Source: Mycobacterium leprae TN (lineage in GTDB: Bacteria; Actinomycetota; Actinomycetes; Mycobacteriales; Mycobacteriaceae). Taken from it: a DNA stretch of 32,000 nt. Within the stretch, counting starts at the first letter, position 1, and each line of letters begins with the position of its first letter. The notes beneath the pieces were generated by a model that saw only the letters and a program-made list of their open reading frames with translations, searched no databases and was not told the origin of the DNA. Shown here in pieces: positions 10,101-22,600 of the stretch. The position numbers and the translations under genes were made by a program. The stretch is from contig NC_002677.1 in the NCBI RefSeq assembly GCF_000195855.1, forward strand, positions 630,001 to 662,000, in the 5' to 3' direction.

Positions 10101-11709
10101 AGGTGCCTGACAAGCATAACTCCAAAAGGGTACTGCATTGAAGCAGCATAGTCAAGCCGGCTATTTGACACTCCGACCGGCCCAATCTTTTTTCCCGGTG
10201 CCAAATTGCTGTTGTTCTGATGCCAGAAAATCTACTGTGACCGACGCCTATAACGGGTCGTTTAACCAGCTGCTGAGCCATCAGCTCAATGTCTAAAGCA
10301 CTCTGCTGGTTGTCAATCTTGGACGCCACGTGGAGGAGGTCGATTTTTTGAGTTGAGTGTGAAGTTCCCACATTTCCACCGCCGAAGAACTGATTGCCAC
10401 CATCGGGACAGGGTCGTGGACGCTGGAAAATCCCGGCGGCCACGACAAAGGTAACGTTGGCAACGAAAGGGACGAACGGCAGACGGGACATGGTGCCGTG
10501 ATTTGATCGCCGTCGATATTACTGTTACGGTTCAACCCGGGATGGTCACCTAAACTCTAATATCCCGACAATGATGAATGATGGGTTGTTGACTTTGGTG
10601 TAAGGGTTTACCAATAAATTCTTGCTTTCAGTCGTATATATCCCCATTGTGAGAGCTTCCATTATTGACATGACTAGCACAGTGAAACCAATGATTTTCC
10701 AGACATACAACAAAAACGATACTACATCAAATGTTCCTAATCTTAATATGAATTATAAGCGGATTTTGATCGCTAAATTTGGTTGTGCGGCGTCATCAAT
10801 ACTCAAATTTGTCACGCGGCTTGTCTGCAACGTTATTACTGGGTCTCTTTTTGTTTATTTTTGGTCAAAAGCTAGAAAGTTTTCCGGTATGTGAATTCTT
10901 CATCTCGTTGACTAGCAAACATATAGGTGTCATACAGAATTTCTGTGATATTGCAGTCCACTAAAATTGTATAGCTTGCTCAGCGATGGCCGAAGGTGGT
11001 CAAATAACATCATTGATATCCACAGTGGTACCGTAGATAATCTAAAGTCACGGGGACAAAAATTGAATCTGTTTTAATTAGCCGTAAGTTCATTTCGGTC
11101 ACAATAACAACGTGTCAGAATCGAGCGTTTTGACAGGCCAGCTGAGGTCAGCGCAAGATTTTTGCGTAAAACAAACTGTCGCGCGGTTTAGAGCCCATAA
11201 GCGGGTAGACGGCGTGGCGGGAAAGTCGGCTCGTTCCATAAGTTGCGCCGAACGCGTGTTATCGATGTTGCAGGTGGCCCAGACCCTTTACACATCTGGT
11301 CCGGTGTTCGGCGTGGTGAGCAATCTGGTTGAGTGCCTCCGACATCAAACCTTTGCACCACCACCGACCGAGGCAGTAATCAACTTCGATGTAGTGCCCA
11401 ACTGGGTGTTGGCAGCTGGTCAACTCGATCACATCGCAACTGGTTCGCAGCGTTATGGTTCAGGTCCGCTCGTTATAGCTGACATTGGTGCGCTCGGCGA
11501 TGACCCATCGCGTTGCCGCGATGTCAGGGTGTGGCGTCCACAGCAAGTATCACGTGACCTGGGGATCGGGTGGGTGCCCCAATTGAAAATCTGGTCGATT
11601 TCGTCGGGCTTGGGTAGGTACAGCAGCAGTCGTGGGGCCCGACCATCCGGTCCGGTAGGGTAAATTGACCAGCTCCGCTAAAGCCCGAGCTTTGCGATTA
11701 GGTGTGGCG

Positions 11710-12880
11710 GGCGAACTTGAGTTGTGGCTGTTAGCCAACTTTGTCTGGGAAGTGTTACCGCGCGACGGCGGCCAGCATAGGCGAATTCTGGACCAGAAGA
11801 GCAGGATCTCAAGTAGGTAGCCGTGTCGGCCTGCCATTACGTCACCATAGGCGCCAGGTCAACGAAATGTCCCGAGCCCACCCGGAACGAAGTAACGGCG
11901 CGCGTTTCGCCGGGTCGGTTACTGCCGACAGATTCGATTCAACCCACGCCTACGGCCAACCTAGAATGGCGTCCCAAGCAAGGGCGCGTCGCTTGTGTTT
12001 CGTCGGTGGGCCGATCCGGGTGCATCAGACGCACCGCCCCTGCGGACAGCCCACACGTTGTCGATTGCTCCGTCGCCGAGCAATATATGCACGAACCGCA
12101 GGTAGCTGCCGGCGGTCGACCATCATCCGCCGCCGGCGTTACAGAATGACGGTGGCTTGATGTGTGGTGGCTCTAGCCCGTCGTGTCGTAACTGGCCCTT
12201 TTCGTCGAGTCGGTACATGGTCGCTGCGCCTAGATCTTATGTCGGCGGGGATGAAGAACCCGGTGTCAGTCATGCCTGCCCAGCCTAGAATTTCGTTCAT
12301 CGAGAACCTGGTCAAGCAGGTTGTCCTCGATGCGGGATGCGATCACGCCCAGCACATTTATCGAGTGGCTGTAGGTGACTCGATAAATGTGATAATGCAC
12401 TAGCGGGAATTTTTTAGCCAGAAGTCTGACCTCCGATGGGACGGCAGTAACAAGTTTACTTTACGAAATCTACCTGGGTACCGAGAATCGATAGGTCAGA
12501 CTGCTTGTATGGGTGAGCAGATCTCGAGGAGGGCGGCGCGTTGTGCTGGGTCCGTCCGGTCTAACGGACCGTCCGGTTGGTCGGGTACTTGCAGCTCGGC
12601 TAATTCCGGTTCCCAGCGCGCGATCGGGTCGTGCAATGTCTGCTTGCTTTCGCCGAGTAGACTCATCACCGCGGCCACCGTTACCGGTTTGATCATCGAC
12701 GCGATACAAAACAGCGTGTCTTTTTGCATCAGCGGGCCTGTGTTGATGTTGCGGTAACCGATCTCTTTGATCTGCAACGTTTCTCCGCGATGCCAGAACA
12801 CTGTCAACGCGTCGGCAACTAAGTCGGCATCGCAAACCTCACGGATGGAGATCTAATTGCCGTAGCGATTCACCCGGTTC
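11710..12880 (-). pseudogene. relic of a serine hydrolase of the class-C beta-lactamase/esterase family
   Basis: Ordered minus-strand pieces: VFWHRGETLQIKEIGYRNINTGPLMQKDTLFCIASMIKPVTVAAVMSLLGE.KQTLHDPIARWEPELA (SxxK motif present), RDLLTHTSSLTY, YSHSINVLGVIASRIEDNLLDQVL, MTDTGFFIPAD, MYRLDEKGQLRHDG, WSTAGSYLRFVHILLGDGAIDNV, LLGTPF*VGR. Multiple frameshifts and stops. Confidence 0.82.
12353..12391. repeat. perfect 14-bp inverted repeat, CACATTTATCGAGT-(11 nt)-ACTCGATAAATGTG
   Basis: Left arm 12353-12366, right arm 12378-12391, exact reverse complements. Confidence 0.97.
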
Positions 12881-12929
12881 AGCTCGATGCTCGCTGCTGT
12901 GTGTGGACGCACCAGAATACCAGATTTTA

Positions 12930-13500
12930 TTTCGGTTCCTTTCTGTTAGCGGCGAACCGTGCTGGATTCCAGCGACCCAATATCCCACTGCGTCGCCAAG
13001 GATGTCTTGCAACGTCTGGTTGAAGACTGCGGGCAGCGGCCTTGTCACGTTGGACGAGTTGGCGTCGGAGAAGCAGCTGATCAACAGGGTGGCGCCGGGT
13101 CTGGTGGCACGATAAACTACGGCGGTCCAGCTGCGTTTGCCGTCGTCGTCCAGGCAATTGAACGTGCCGCTGTCGATACGGTGTCGAATGCATTGGCGTA
13201 GCTACCGAGTTTGCTAGAGTCGGCTACCGCGCAACTTACCTCGCTTCCGGCGTCCTTGGTCCGCCCCTCGGCGGTGATCAGCTCGGTCGACGAGATATCC
13301 GACTCGGTAAAGTAAATTCGTTTTTGGCCAGTTTAGGCGGCGTTGTCGCTCAACTCGCAGCTGATGTCGAGAACATCTCCGTGCACCCAGTCTCCGCTTT
13401 GCAACCCGATGACATTCTCCTTGGGCGCCTTGGTAACCCATGGGTGGTGTGGACTATCGCCGGGACGTCGTCGCCTGGGCTCTTACTGCGATATAGGGTA
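12930..13500 (-). pseudogene. relic of a class I SAM-dependent methyltransferase (Rv1377c-like by position)
   Basis: Minus-strand pieces: GDWVHGDVLDISCELSDNAA (degenerate motif I, cf. GxVLDxGCGxGxNA), IDSGTFNCLDDDGKRSWTAVVYRATRPGATLLISCFSDANSSNV..PLPAVFNQTLQDILGDA. Frameshifts between pieces. Confidence 0.65.
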
Positions 13501-13679
13501 CTCGAAGTCCATCCGTGGGAAGTTCGTCCTAGTCCTCCGCTTAGCGTGGCCGTCGGGCTACTTGCGCGGTGTGAATTTGTTCAATGCTAAATCAATCCTG
13601 GTCTACATTTCACTAATGAGTATCTCAAGTCGACCCGATGATGGCTGAGCGGTAGTGTGTCCCGGTGGGTGTGTTGGAT

Positions 13680-14938
13680 TTAGCTCTGTGCCAGTCTATT
13701 TCGTCTGTCCTTGTGCTGACACGTCAGCTGACGTGTTTTCTTGACATAGTTGCAGCGCTCGCAGTATCCGAGCCCGTTTGCCGCAGTTGTCGGTCCGACG
13801 TGATGATATGGCTCGGCATGGTCGCAGTGACGGATTAGGGCATCACAGAATGATGGGGTACGACAGCGCTGATCCCACAACCCGATTAAGCAGGCCGGCC
13901 CCTTCGGGAAGTAGCGCGCCCGTGACTCCATGACCACCAAGGCTCCCGAGCGCGGATGATGATAGAGCCGGCGCAGCGTAGCCCGTGACCGGGTATCGGT
14001 GATCGCGTCACTGACTAGGTTGTACGCCACCGCCTCCGGTATGAGGCCATACCCGTCGACCATCGCTGCGGTGTTGTCGCCACTCAGCAGCGTTTCGTCG
14101 AAGATTACGTAGGTTAACCGCAACCGGTTGAGCCACCTACGCCGGTCAGCCTGTGATGTGTGCGATCGATGTATTCGGTCATCACTTGGCCACGCGTGCG
14201 GTTGTCGAATGTAGTGTCGGCGGCCCGCTTAAGCGTCGTATGCACTGACACACCTCGGGCGACTGGAAGCAACGCCATCACCCCGGTTACGGTGTCGGGG
14301 CCTACTGGATAGTGTCACGATGCGTTCGGCTTTGGAGGTCCGATCCACCACTGCCTGCGTGTTGAGCTAATAGGCAATCTGCTTTGCCACGGTCGCGCTG
14401 CGCGCATCACCCATGCCGTCCAGTTTCGACATTTCGGTGCAGAGTTCGGCGTCCAGTGCGGCGCCAGGCCTAAATGTCCAAGCATGTTGACTCTGCACGG
14501 TCAGTGTAGCGGTGTGGCCCGCCACTCGAGATATCCGGCCCGGTCTCCAGTGCGGTGAGTGTGTTCTGTATCTCATACACCAACGCCTTGGGTGAATCCC
14601 AGATGCTGCCTGCCCCGAGTGGGCGAATCCCGTCGCACCAACGAGATCTCACTGCCCCCTGCAGCGCTGCAGTGCTGGCACCTCCGCATAAACTATCTAT
14701 TTGGGCGACGCGCAGCGTACAGCGCCACGGCCGCCTCCACTTGAGCTGCGGCGGCTGCCGATTTCACCCGCTCCAACGTGGCGATTCGAGCGACCAGTAT
14801 CGCCTCATTGGCATGCGGATCTACCGCTGCCAGCCACCTAGATCGAACATACTTGGGATACTGGATCCGGGTGTCGACAAGTTGACTTGGTAGGGATGTA
14901 GGGATATTTAGCCAGCGATCCCGCTGGGTGCCCCGCAT
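13680..14938 (-). pseudogene. relic of a 13E12 repeat-family protein (DUF222 + HNH)
   Basis: Pieces in order: EAILVARIATLERVKSAAAAAQVEAAVAL (DUF222), VMALLPVARGVSVHTTLKRAADTTFDNRTRGQVMTE, VDGYGLIPEAVAYNLVSDA, LRRLYHHPRSGALVVMESRARYFPKG...RTPSFCDALIRHCDHAEPYHHVGPTTAANGLGYCERCNYVK (HNH-like). Frameshifted. Adjacent to pyrR, as Rv1378c is. Confidence 0.85.
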
Positions 14939-14984
14939 CGTAACCGGGGGTCAGTAGTGCTAGGCTGCCCGGCAGTCGACGTCC

Positions 14985-15018
14985 TTTATCGATCCGTCCG
15001 GAGAGGCGGAGAAGGAGG
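14985..15018 (+). promoter_or_regulatory. candidate PyrR-binding leader motif next to the pyrR ribosome-binding site
   Basis: GATCCGTCCGGAGAGGCGGAGAAGGAGG (TCCGGAGAGG at 14997-15006), just before the GAAGGAGG SD. Resembles the PyrR anti-terminator/binding-loop core used in PyrR-dependent translational repression of mycobacterial pyr operons. Structure not computed. Confidence 0.4.
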
Positions 15019-15031
15019 TCTGCGTACCACC

Positions 15032-16542
<1,511 letters not shown>

Positions 16543-16546
<4 letters not shown>

Positions 16547-17835
16547 GCGTGTTACTTCGTGGTGTCCGCTTGTATGGCGAGGGTGAACAAGTCGATGTAC
16601 TGGTTGAGGGCGAGCAGATCGCCAACATTGGTGCTGGTATTGATATTCCCGACACTGCTGATGTGATTGATGCCATCGATCAGGTGCTGCTGCCCGGCCT
16701 GGTGGACCTGCACACCCACTTGCGCGAGCCGGGCCGCGAATATGCTGAGGACATCGAAACTGGTTCGGCAGCAGCGGCTCTTGGTGGTTACACTGCGGTT
16801 TTCGCGATGCCCAATACCACCCCTGTAGCGGACAGTCCGGTGGTTACCGACCATGTCTGGCGTCGTGGCCAGCAGGTCGGCCTGGTTGATGTGCACCCCG
16901 TCGGTGCGGTCACCGTCGGGCTGGCCGGAGCCGAGCTCACCGAGATGGGTATGATGGCTGCCGGTGCCGCACAGGTGCGGATCTTCTCCGACGATGGCAA
17001 CTGTGTGCATAACCCGTTGGTGATGCGCCGTGCCCTGGAGTACGCCACTGGCCTGGGGGTGCTGATCGCTCAGCACGCCGAGGAACCGAGGCTGACTGTC
17101 GGCGCTGTTGCGCACGAGGGACCTACGGCCGCCAGGCTGGGATTGTCGGGATGGCCCAGAGCGGCCGAGGAATCAATTGTTGCCCGCGACGCCCTGTTGG
17201 CCCGTGATGCCGGCGCTCGGGTGCACATCTGCCACGCTTCTACCGCAGGAACCGTAGAGATCCTGAAATGGGCTAAAGAGCAAGGTATTTCGATAACTGC
17301 CGAGGTAACACCACATCATCTTTTGCTCGATGACAGCAGGTTAGCCAGCTACGACGGGGTGAATCGGGTCAACCCGCCGCTGCGCGAAACCGCCGACGCA
17401 GTCGCACTGCGGCAGGCGTTGGCTGATGGGATCATCGATTGTGTGACTACCGACCACGCCCCGCATGCCGATCATGAGAAGTGCGTCGAATTCTCCGCAG
17501 CGCGCCCTGGCATGCTGGGCTTGCAGACGGCGCTGTCGGTGGTGGTGCACACGATGGTGGTGCCTGGCCTATTAAGCTGGCGCGATGTCGCGCAGGTGAT
17601 GAGTGAGAACCCTGCCCGCATCGCCGGGTTGCCCGATCATGGCCGGCCACTGGAGGTGGGTGAACCGGCTAACCTGACGGTGGTGGACCCGGACGTTACC
17701 TGGACGGTCACCGGCGACGGCTTGGCCAGCAGGTCAGCCAACACGCCGTACGAGGCGATGACCCTGCCCGCCACTGTGACTGCGACCCTGCTGCGCGGGA
17801 AGGTCACCGCCCGGGGTCAGAAGAGTCCGGTATGA
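16543..17835 (+). CDS. pyrC: dihydroorotase
   Basis: [83 protein letters not shown] overlap with pyrB. Confidence 0.98.
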
Positions 17836-18345
17836 ACTCTGGCACGCTGGTGGGGTCGCTGGTTGTCACGGCTCTGCTGGTGGTGTTGTGTTGCTGGCAG
17901 TGATAATTCAACTGATGATGTGTAGATGGCGGTGTCGTGGGCGGCGGCAGGTGGAGCTGATTAGCATTCTGCCCGACATGCTTGCTGAGGCGGGTGAGGA
18001 ACTATGACTACCTGCGTCATGTACGTCGGGTACACGATGGCGTCAGTCTGGAACGAGCGGATCGCGGCCGGTGATTTTGGGTATCGAAGCAGGGCGGTGC
18101 TGACCCGCTATCCTGAGGGAATCATGTTGCAGTGCATCCATATCCGACAAATTTGGATTCCGCAGGAGTCGATTATTGCCATCTGTACCGAGTGCAGCAT
18201 CGCCGGAAAGATTGCTGTTCGCAATAGGATACTTGCGATCCGGTGGTGGATCCCGTCGGGCGTTGAGCTCGATACCGGGACTCGGGCAAATAACCGCAAC
18301 GAATACCGCGAGTGGCTAGAGCCTCAGACAGGAGAAGCCGCGTGA
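17832..18345 (+). pseudogene. decayed membrane/export protein gene of the pyr operon (Rv1382-like by position)
   Basis: ATG overlaps the pyrC stop: [23 protein letters not shown]. Homologous sequence continues in other frames (VELISILPDMLAEAGEE) and then in ORF 18004-18345 (YVGYTMASVWNERIAAGDFGYRSRAVLTRYPEGIMLQ...WIPQESIIAI). At least two frame disruptions. Confidence 0.75.
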
Positions 18346-18421
18346 GCCGCGCCGGCGATGATGCAGAGCGAAAGAGCGATGTGGGGTCACCTACCGCTTG
18401 CGGGAGAAAGGAGTGGCTCTC

Positions 18422-19549
18422 GTGAGCAAAGCCCTACTGGTTCTCGAAGACGGCCGCGTCTTCACCGGCATGCCGTTTGGTGCGATTGGCCAAACGTTGG
18501 GTGAAGCCGTGTTTTCCACCGGCATGTCCGGCTACCAGGAGACGTTGACCGATCCCAGTTATCACCGTCAGATCGTGGTGGCCACCGCCCCGCAGATCGG
18601 CAACACCGGCTGGAACGACCAGGACGGTGAGAGTCGCGACGATAGAATCTGGGTCGCGGGTTACGCGGTGCGTGACCCGTCTCCGTGCGCCTCGAACTGG
18701 CGCGCCACCGGCACGCTGGAAGACGAGCTGGTCCGCCAGCGTATTGTTGGGATCGCCGGTATCGACACTCGGGCGGTAGTGCGTCATCTGCGCAGATACG
18801 GTTCGATGAAGGCGGGTGTGTTTTCTGGCAAGGCAATGATCGAGCCCCTAAATATCGAGGCGCTAGTACAACATGTGCGCACCCAGCAGTCGATGCTGGG
18901 TGCTGATCTTGTTGGCGAAGCCAGCACACTGGATGCATATGTTGTTGAACCCAAAGGGAAGGAACGCTTTACGGTGGCAGCGCTTGACCTCGGGATCAAG
19001 ACCAACACGCCGCGCAACTTCGCTCGGCGTGGGATTCGCAGCTATGTGCTGCCGGCGTCGGCGACGTTCAACCAAATTGCCGACATCAAACCGCATGGCC
19101 TGTTTTTGTCCAATGGCCCTGGTGACCCGGCTACCGCCGACCACGTCGTTGCGCTCACTCGAGAGGTGCTGAACGCCGGAATTCCTTTGTTCGGTATCTG
19201 TTTCGGCAACCAGATCTTGGGCCGGGCGCTAGGACTGTCGACCTACAAGATGGTCTTCGGCCACCGCGGTATCAATATACCGGTCATCGACCACGCCACC
19301 GGACGGGTCGCGGTGACCGCGCAAAACCATGGTTTCGCACTGGAAGGGGAGGCAGGCCAGTCCTTCGACACACCTTTTGGCTCAGCGGTGGTCAGTCACA
19401 CCTGTGCCAACGATGGGGTGGTGGAAGGTGTCAAACTCGCTGACGGGCGTGCATTTTCGGTGCAATATCACCCGGAGGCGGCCGCCGGCCCGCACGATGC
19501 CGAGTACCTATTCGATAGTTTTGTCGAACTCATGGCAGCCCAGCGATGA
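18422..19549 (+). CDS. carA: carbamoyl-phosphate synthase small subunit
   Basis: [55 protein letters not shown] (glutaminase Cys), [16 protein letters not shown] start at 18422 fits the family N-terminus. Confidence 0.98.
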   Translation: MSKALLVLEDGRVFTGMPFGAIGQTLGEAVFSTGMSGYQETLTDPSYHRQIVVATAPQIGNTGWNDQDGESRDDRIWVAGYAVRDPSPCASNWRATGTLEDELVRQRIVGIAGIDTRAVVRHLRRYGSMKAGVFSGKAMIEPLNIEALVQHVRTQQSMLGADLVGEASTLDAYVVEPKGKERFTVAALDLGIKTNTPRNFARRGIRSYVLPASATFNQIADIKPHGLFLSNGPGDPATADHVVALTREVLNAGIPLFGICFGNQILGRALGLSTYKMVFGHRGINIPVIDHATGRVAVTAQNHGFALEGEAGQSFDTPFGSAVVSHTCANDGVVEGVKLADGRAFSVQYHPEAAAGPHDAEYLFDSFVELMAAQR

Positions 19550-19631
19550 CCGCGAGCCCGCGCGTTTGCAAAACGACACGTCGCAATCACTGTTCAAATG
19601 AGGACGCTTGCGCCCAGAAAGGGGGACGCTA

Positions 19632-22600
19632 GTGCCGCGGCGGACTGATCTCAACCATGTACTGGTGATCGGCTCGGGGCCGATTGTCATCGGGCAGGCC
19701 TGCGAGTTCGACTATGCTGGCACCCAGGCATGTCGAGTGCTGCGGGCCGAGGGCTTGCAAGTGAGTCTGGTCAACTCTAACCCGGCCACCATCATGACCG
19801 ATCCGGAGTTCGCCGACCACACCTATGTCGAGCCGATTACGCCGGCCTTCGTGGAGCGGGTGATTGTTCAGCAGGCCGAGCGTGGCAACAGGATTGACGC
19901 TTTGCTAGCCACCTTAGGTGGGCAGACCGCGCTCAACACAGCGGTAGCGCTGTACGAAAACGGAGTGTTGGAGCGCTATGGCGTCGAGCTCATCGGTGCT
20001 GATTTCGAGGCTATCCAGCGTGGTGAGGACCGGCAGCGATTCAAAGATCTCGTCGCTAAGGTTGGTGGTGAATCCGCTCGCAGTAAAGTGTGTTTCACCA
20101 TGGATGAGGTGCGTGAAACAGTCGAGGATCTTGGCCTTCCGGTGGTGGTGCGGCCAAGTTTCACGATGGGCGGATTGGGTTCGGGCATGGCTCACTCCGA
20201 CGAGGAGGTTGGCCGGATGGCCGGCGCCGGGCTGGTAGCTTCACCTAGTGCCAACGTGCTGATCGAGGAATCGGTCTATGGTTGGAAGGAATTCGAACTC
20301 GAGCTAATGCGCGATGGACACGACAGCGTCGTGGTGGTGTGCTCGATCGAGAACGTTGACCCGATGGGTGTGCACACTGGTGATTCGGTCACCGTAGCAC
20401 CCGCCATGACTCTGACCGACTGGGAATATCAACGTATGCGGGATCTGGGCATCGCGATCCTGCGCGAGGTCGGCGTGGACACCGGTGGCTGCAACATCCA
20501 ATTTGCGATCAACCCCCATGACGGCCGGCTTATCGTCATCGAGATGAACCCACGGGTATCTCGGTCCAGTGCGTTGGCGTCCAAGGCCACCGGTTTCCCG
20601 ATCGCCAAGATCGCAGTCAAGCTGGCTGTCGGCTACACGCTAGACGAGATCCTCAACGACATCACTAAAGAAACGCCGGCTTGCTTTGAGCCGGCATTGG
20701 ATTACGTCGTGGTTAAGGCGCCGCGGTTCGCGTTCGAGAAATTCCCCGGCGCTGATCCCACACTAACTACTACGATGAAATCCGTCGGAGAAGCAATGTC
20801 GTTGGGCCGCAACTTTGTTGAGGCACTCGGTAAGGTGATGCGATCGTTAGAAACCGGCCGCTTCGGTTTCTGGACGGCACCCGACCCGCAGGGTGACGTC
20901 GACCAGGTGCTTCTCCGGCTGAAGACCCCGACCGAAGGCCGACTCTATGACGTCGAACTGGCGTTGCGGCTGGGTGCTTCGACTGAAAAGGTGGCACAGG
21001 TTTCCGGCATCGATCCCTGGTTCGTAGCGCAGATCGGTGAGCTGGTGAAGCTACGCGACGAGCTGGTCGCTGCCCCGGTCCTTGACGCCGAGTTGCTGCG
21101 GCGCGCTAAGCACAACGGGCTATCGGATCGACAGATTACTGCGTTACGCCCAGAATTACTGGGGGAAGACGGAGTTCGGTCGCTGCGTAAACGGCTGGGC
21201 ATTCATCCGGTGTATAAGACGGTCGACACATGCGCTGCGGAGTTCGAGGCCAAAACTCCTTACCACTACAGCAGCTACGAACTAGATCCTGCCGCTGAAA
21301 CGGAGGTGGTCCCGCAAACAGAGAAACCCAAGGTGCTGATCCTAGGGTCCGGCCCCAACCGCATTGGCCAGGGAATCGAATTCGACTACAGTTGTGTTCA
21401 TGCAGCAATTACGTTATCGCATAATGGTTTTGAGACAGTTATGGTTAATTGCAACCCGGAGACGGTGTCCACCGACTACGACACTGCCGACCGGTTATAC
21501 TTCGAGCCGCTGACGTTCGAAGATGTCCTTGAGGTGTTCTATGCCGAAGAGCAGTCTGCGGCGGGCGGTGCCGGGGTAGCCGGCGTCATTGTGCAACTCG
21601 GCGGCCAGACCCCGCTCGGGCTTGCACAACGGCTCGCCGATGCCGGGGTTCCTATCGTGGGCACTTCGCCGGAGGCCATTGATCTTGCCGAAGATCGCGG
21701 AGCGTTCGGAGACGTGCTGACAGCCGCCGGGCTGCCGGCGCCAAAATATGGAACTGCAACAACTTTCGCTCAAGCACGCCGTATCGCTGCTGAGATTGGC
21801 TATCCGGTTTTAGTGAGGCCCTCGTATGTGCTGGGCGGTCGCGGTATGGAGATCGTCTACGACGAGGAGACACTGAAGGATTACATCACGCGTGCTACCG
21901 CGCTGTCACACGAGCATCCGGTGCTGGTGGACCGCTTTCTCGAGGATGCGGTTGAGATCGACGTCGACGCACTGTGCGACGGCACCGAGGTGTACATCGG
22001 CGGAGTCATGGAGCACATAGAGGAAGCCGGTATCCACTCCGGTGATTCGGCTTGCGCGCTTCCCCCAGTAACATTGGGTCGCAGTGACCTAGAGAAGGTG
22101 CGTCAGGCGACCGAAGCCATCGCACGCGGGATTGGCGTGGTGGGACTACTCAATGTACAATATGCTCTCAAAGAAGACGTGCTCTACGTACTGGAAGCCA
22201 ACCCGCGCGCGAGCCGAACGGTGCCGTTCGTTTCCAAGGCTACTGCAATCCCGCTTGCCAAGGCTTGTGCCCGGATCATGTTGGGTTCCAGTATTTCCCA
22301 GCTTCGTTTCGAAGGGATGCTGGCGGCTTCTGGTGACGGCGGCAACGTGGCGTCGCACGCCCCGATCGCGGTCAAAGAAGCTGTGTTGCCGTTTAACCGG
22401 CTCCGGCGGGCCGACGGAGCCGCTATCGATTCCTTGCTCGGTCCGGAGATGAAATCGACCGGTGAGGTCATGGGGATCGACCACGATTTTGGCAGAGCAT
22501 TCGCCAAGAGCCAGACCGCTGCGTATGGCTCGTTGCCGACTCAAGGTACGGTGTTCGTGTCGGTGGCTAACCGGGATAAGCGGTTACTGGTGTTCCCCGT

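Noticed and set aside
12353-12391. Rho-independent terminator
   Set aside because: The stem is perfect but AT-rich, has no adjacent poly-T run and lies inside a pseudogene, so a terminator call is not supported.
12903-13648. Plus-strand ORFs (12903..13115, 12959..13201, 13324..13590, 13343..13648) as a new gene cluster
   Set aside because: The minus strand of the same interval carries collinear methyltransferase motifs, which explains the protein-like composition better.
7496-15000. Prophage, defence island or novel mobile system in the gene-poor zone
   Set aside because: No integrase, transposase, capsid, nuclease or toxin-antitoxin motif was recognised. The identifiable content is decayed ordinary mycobacterial genes plus one 13E12-type relic.
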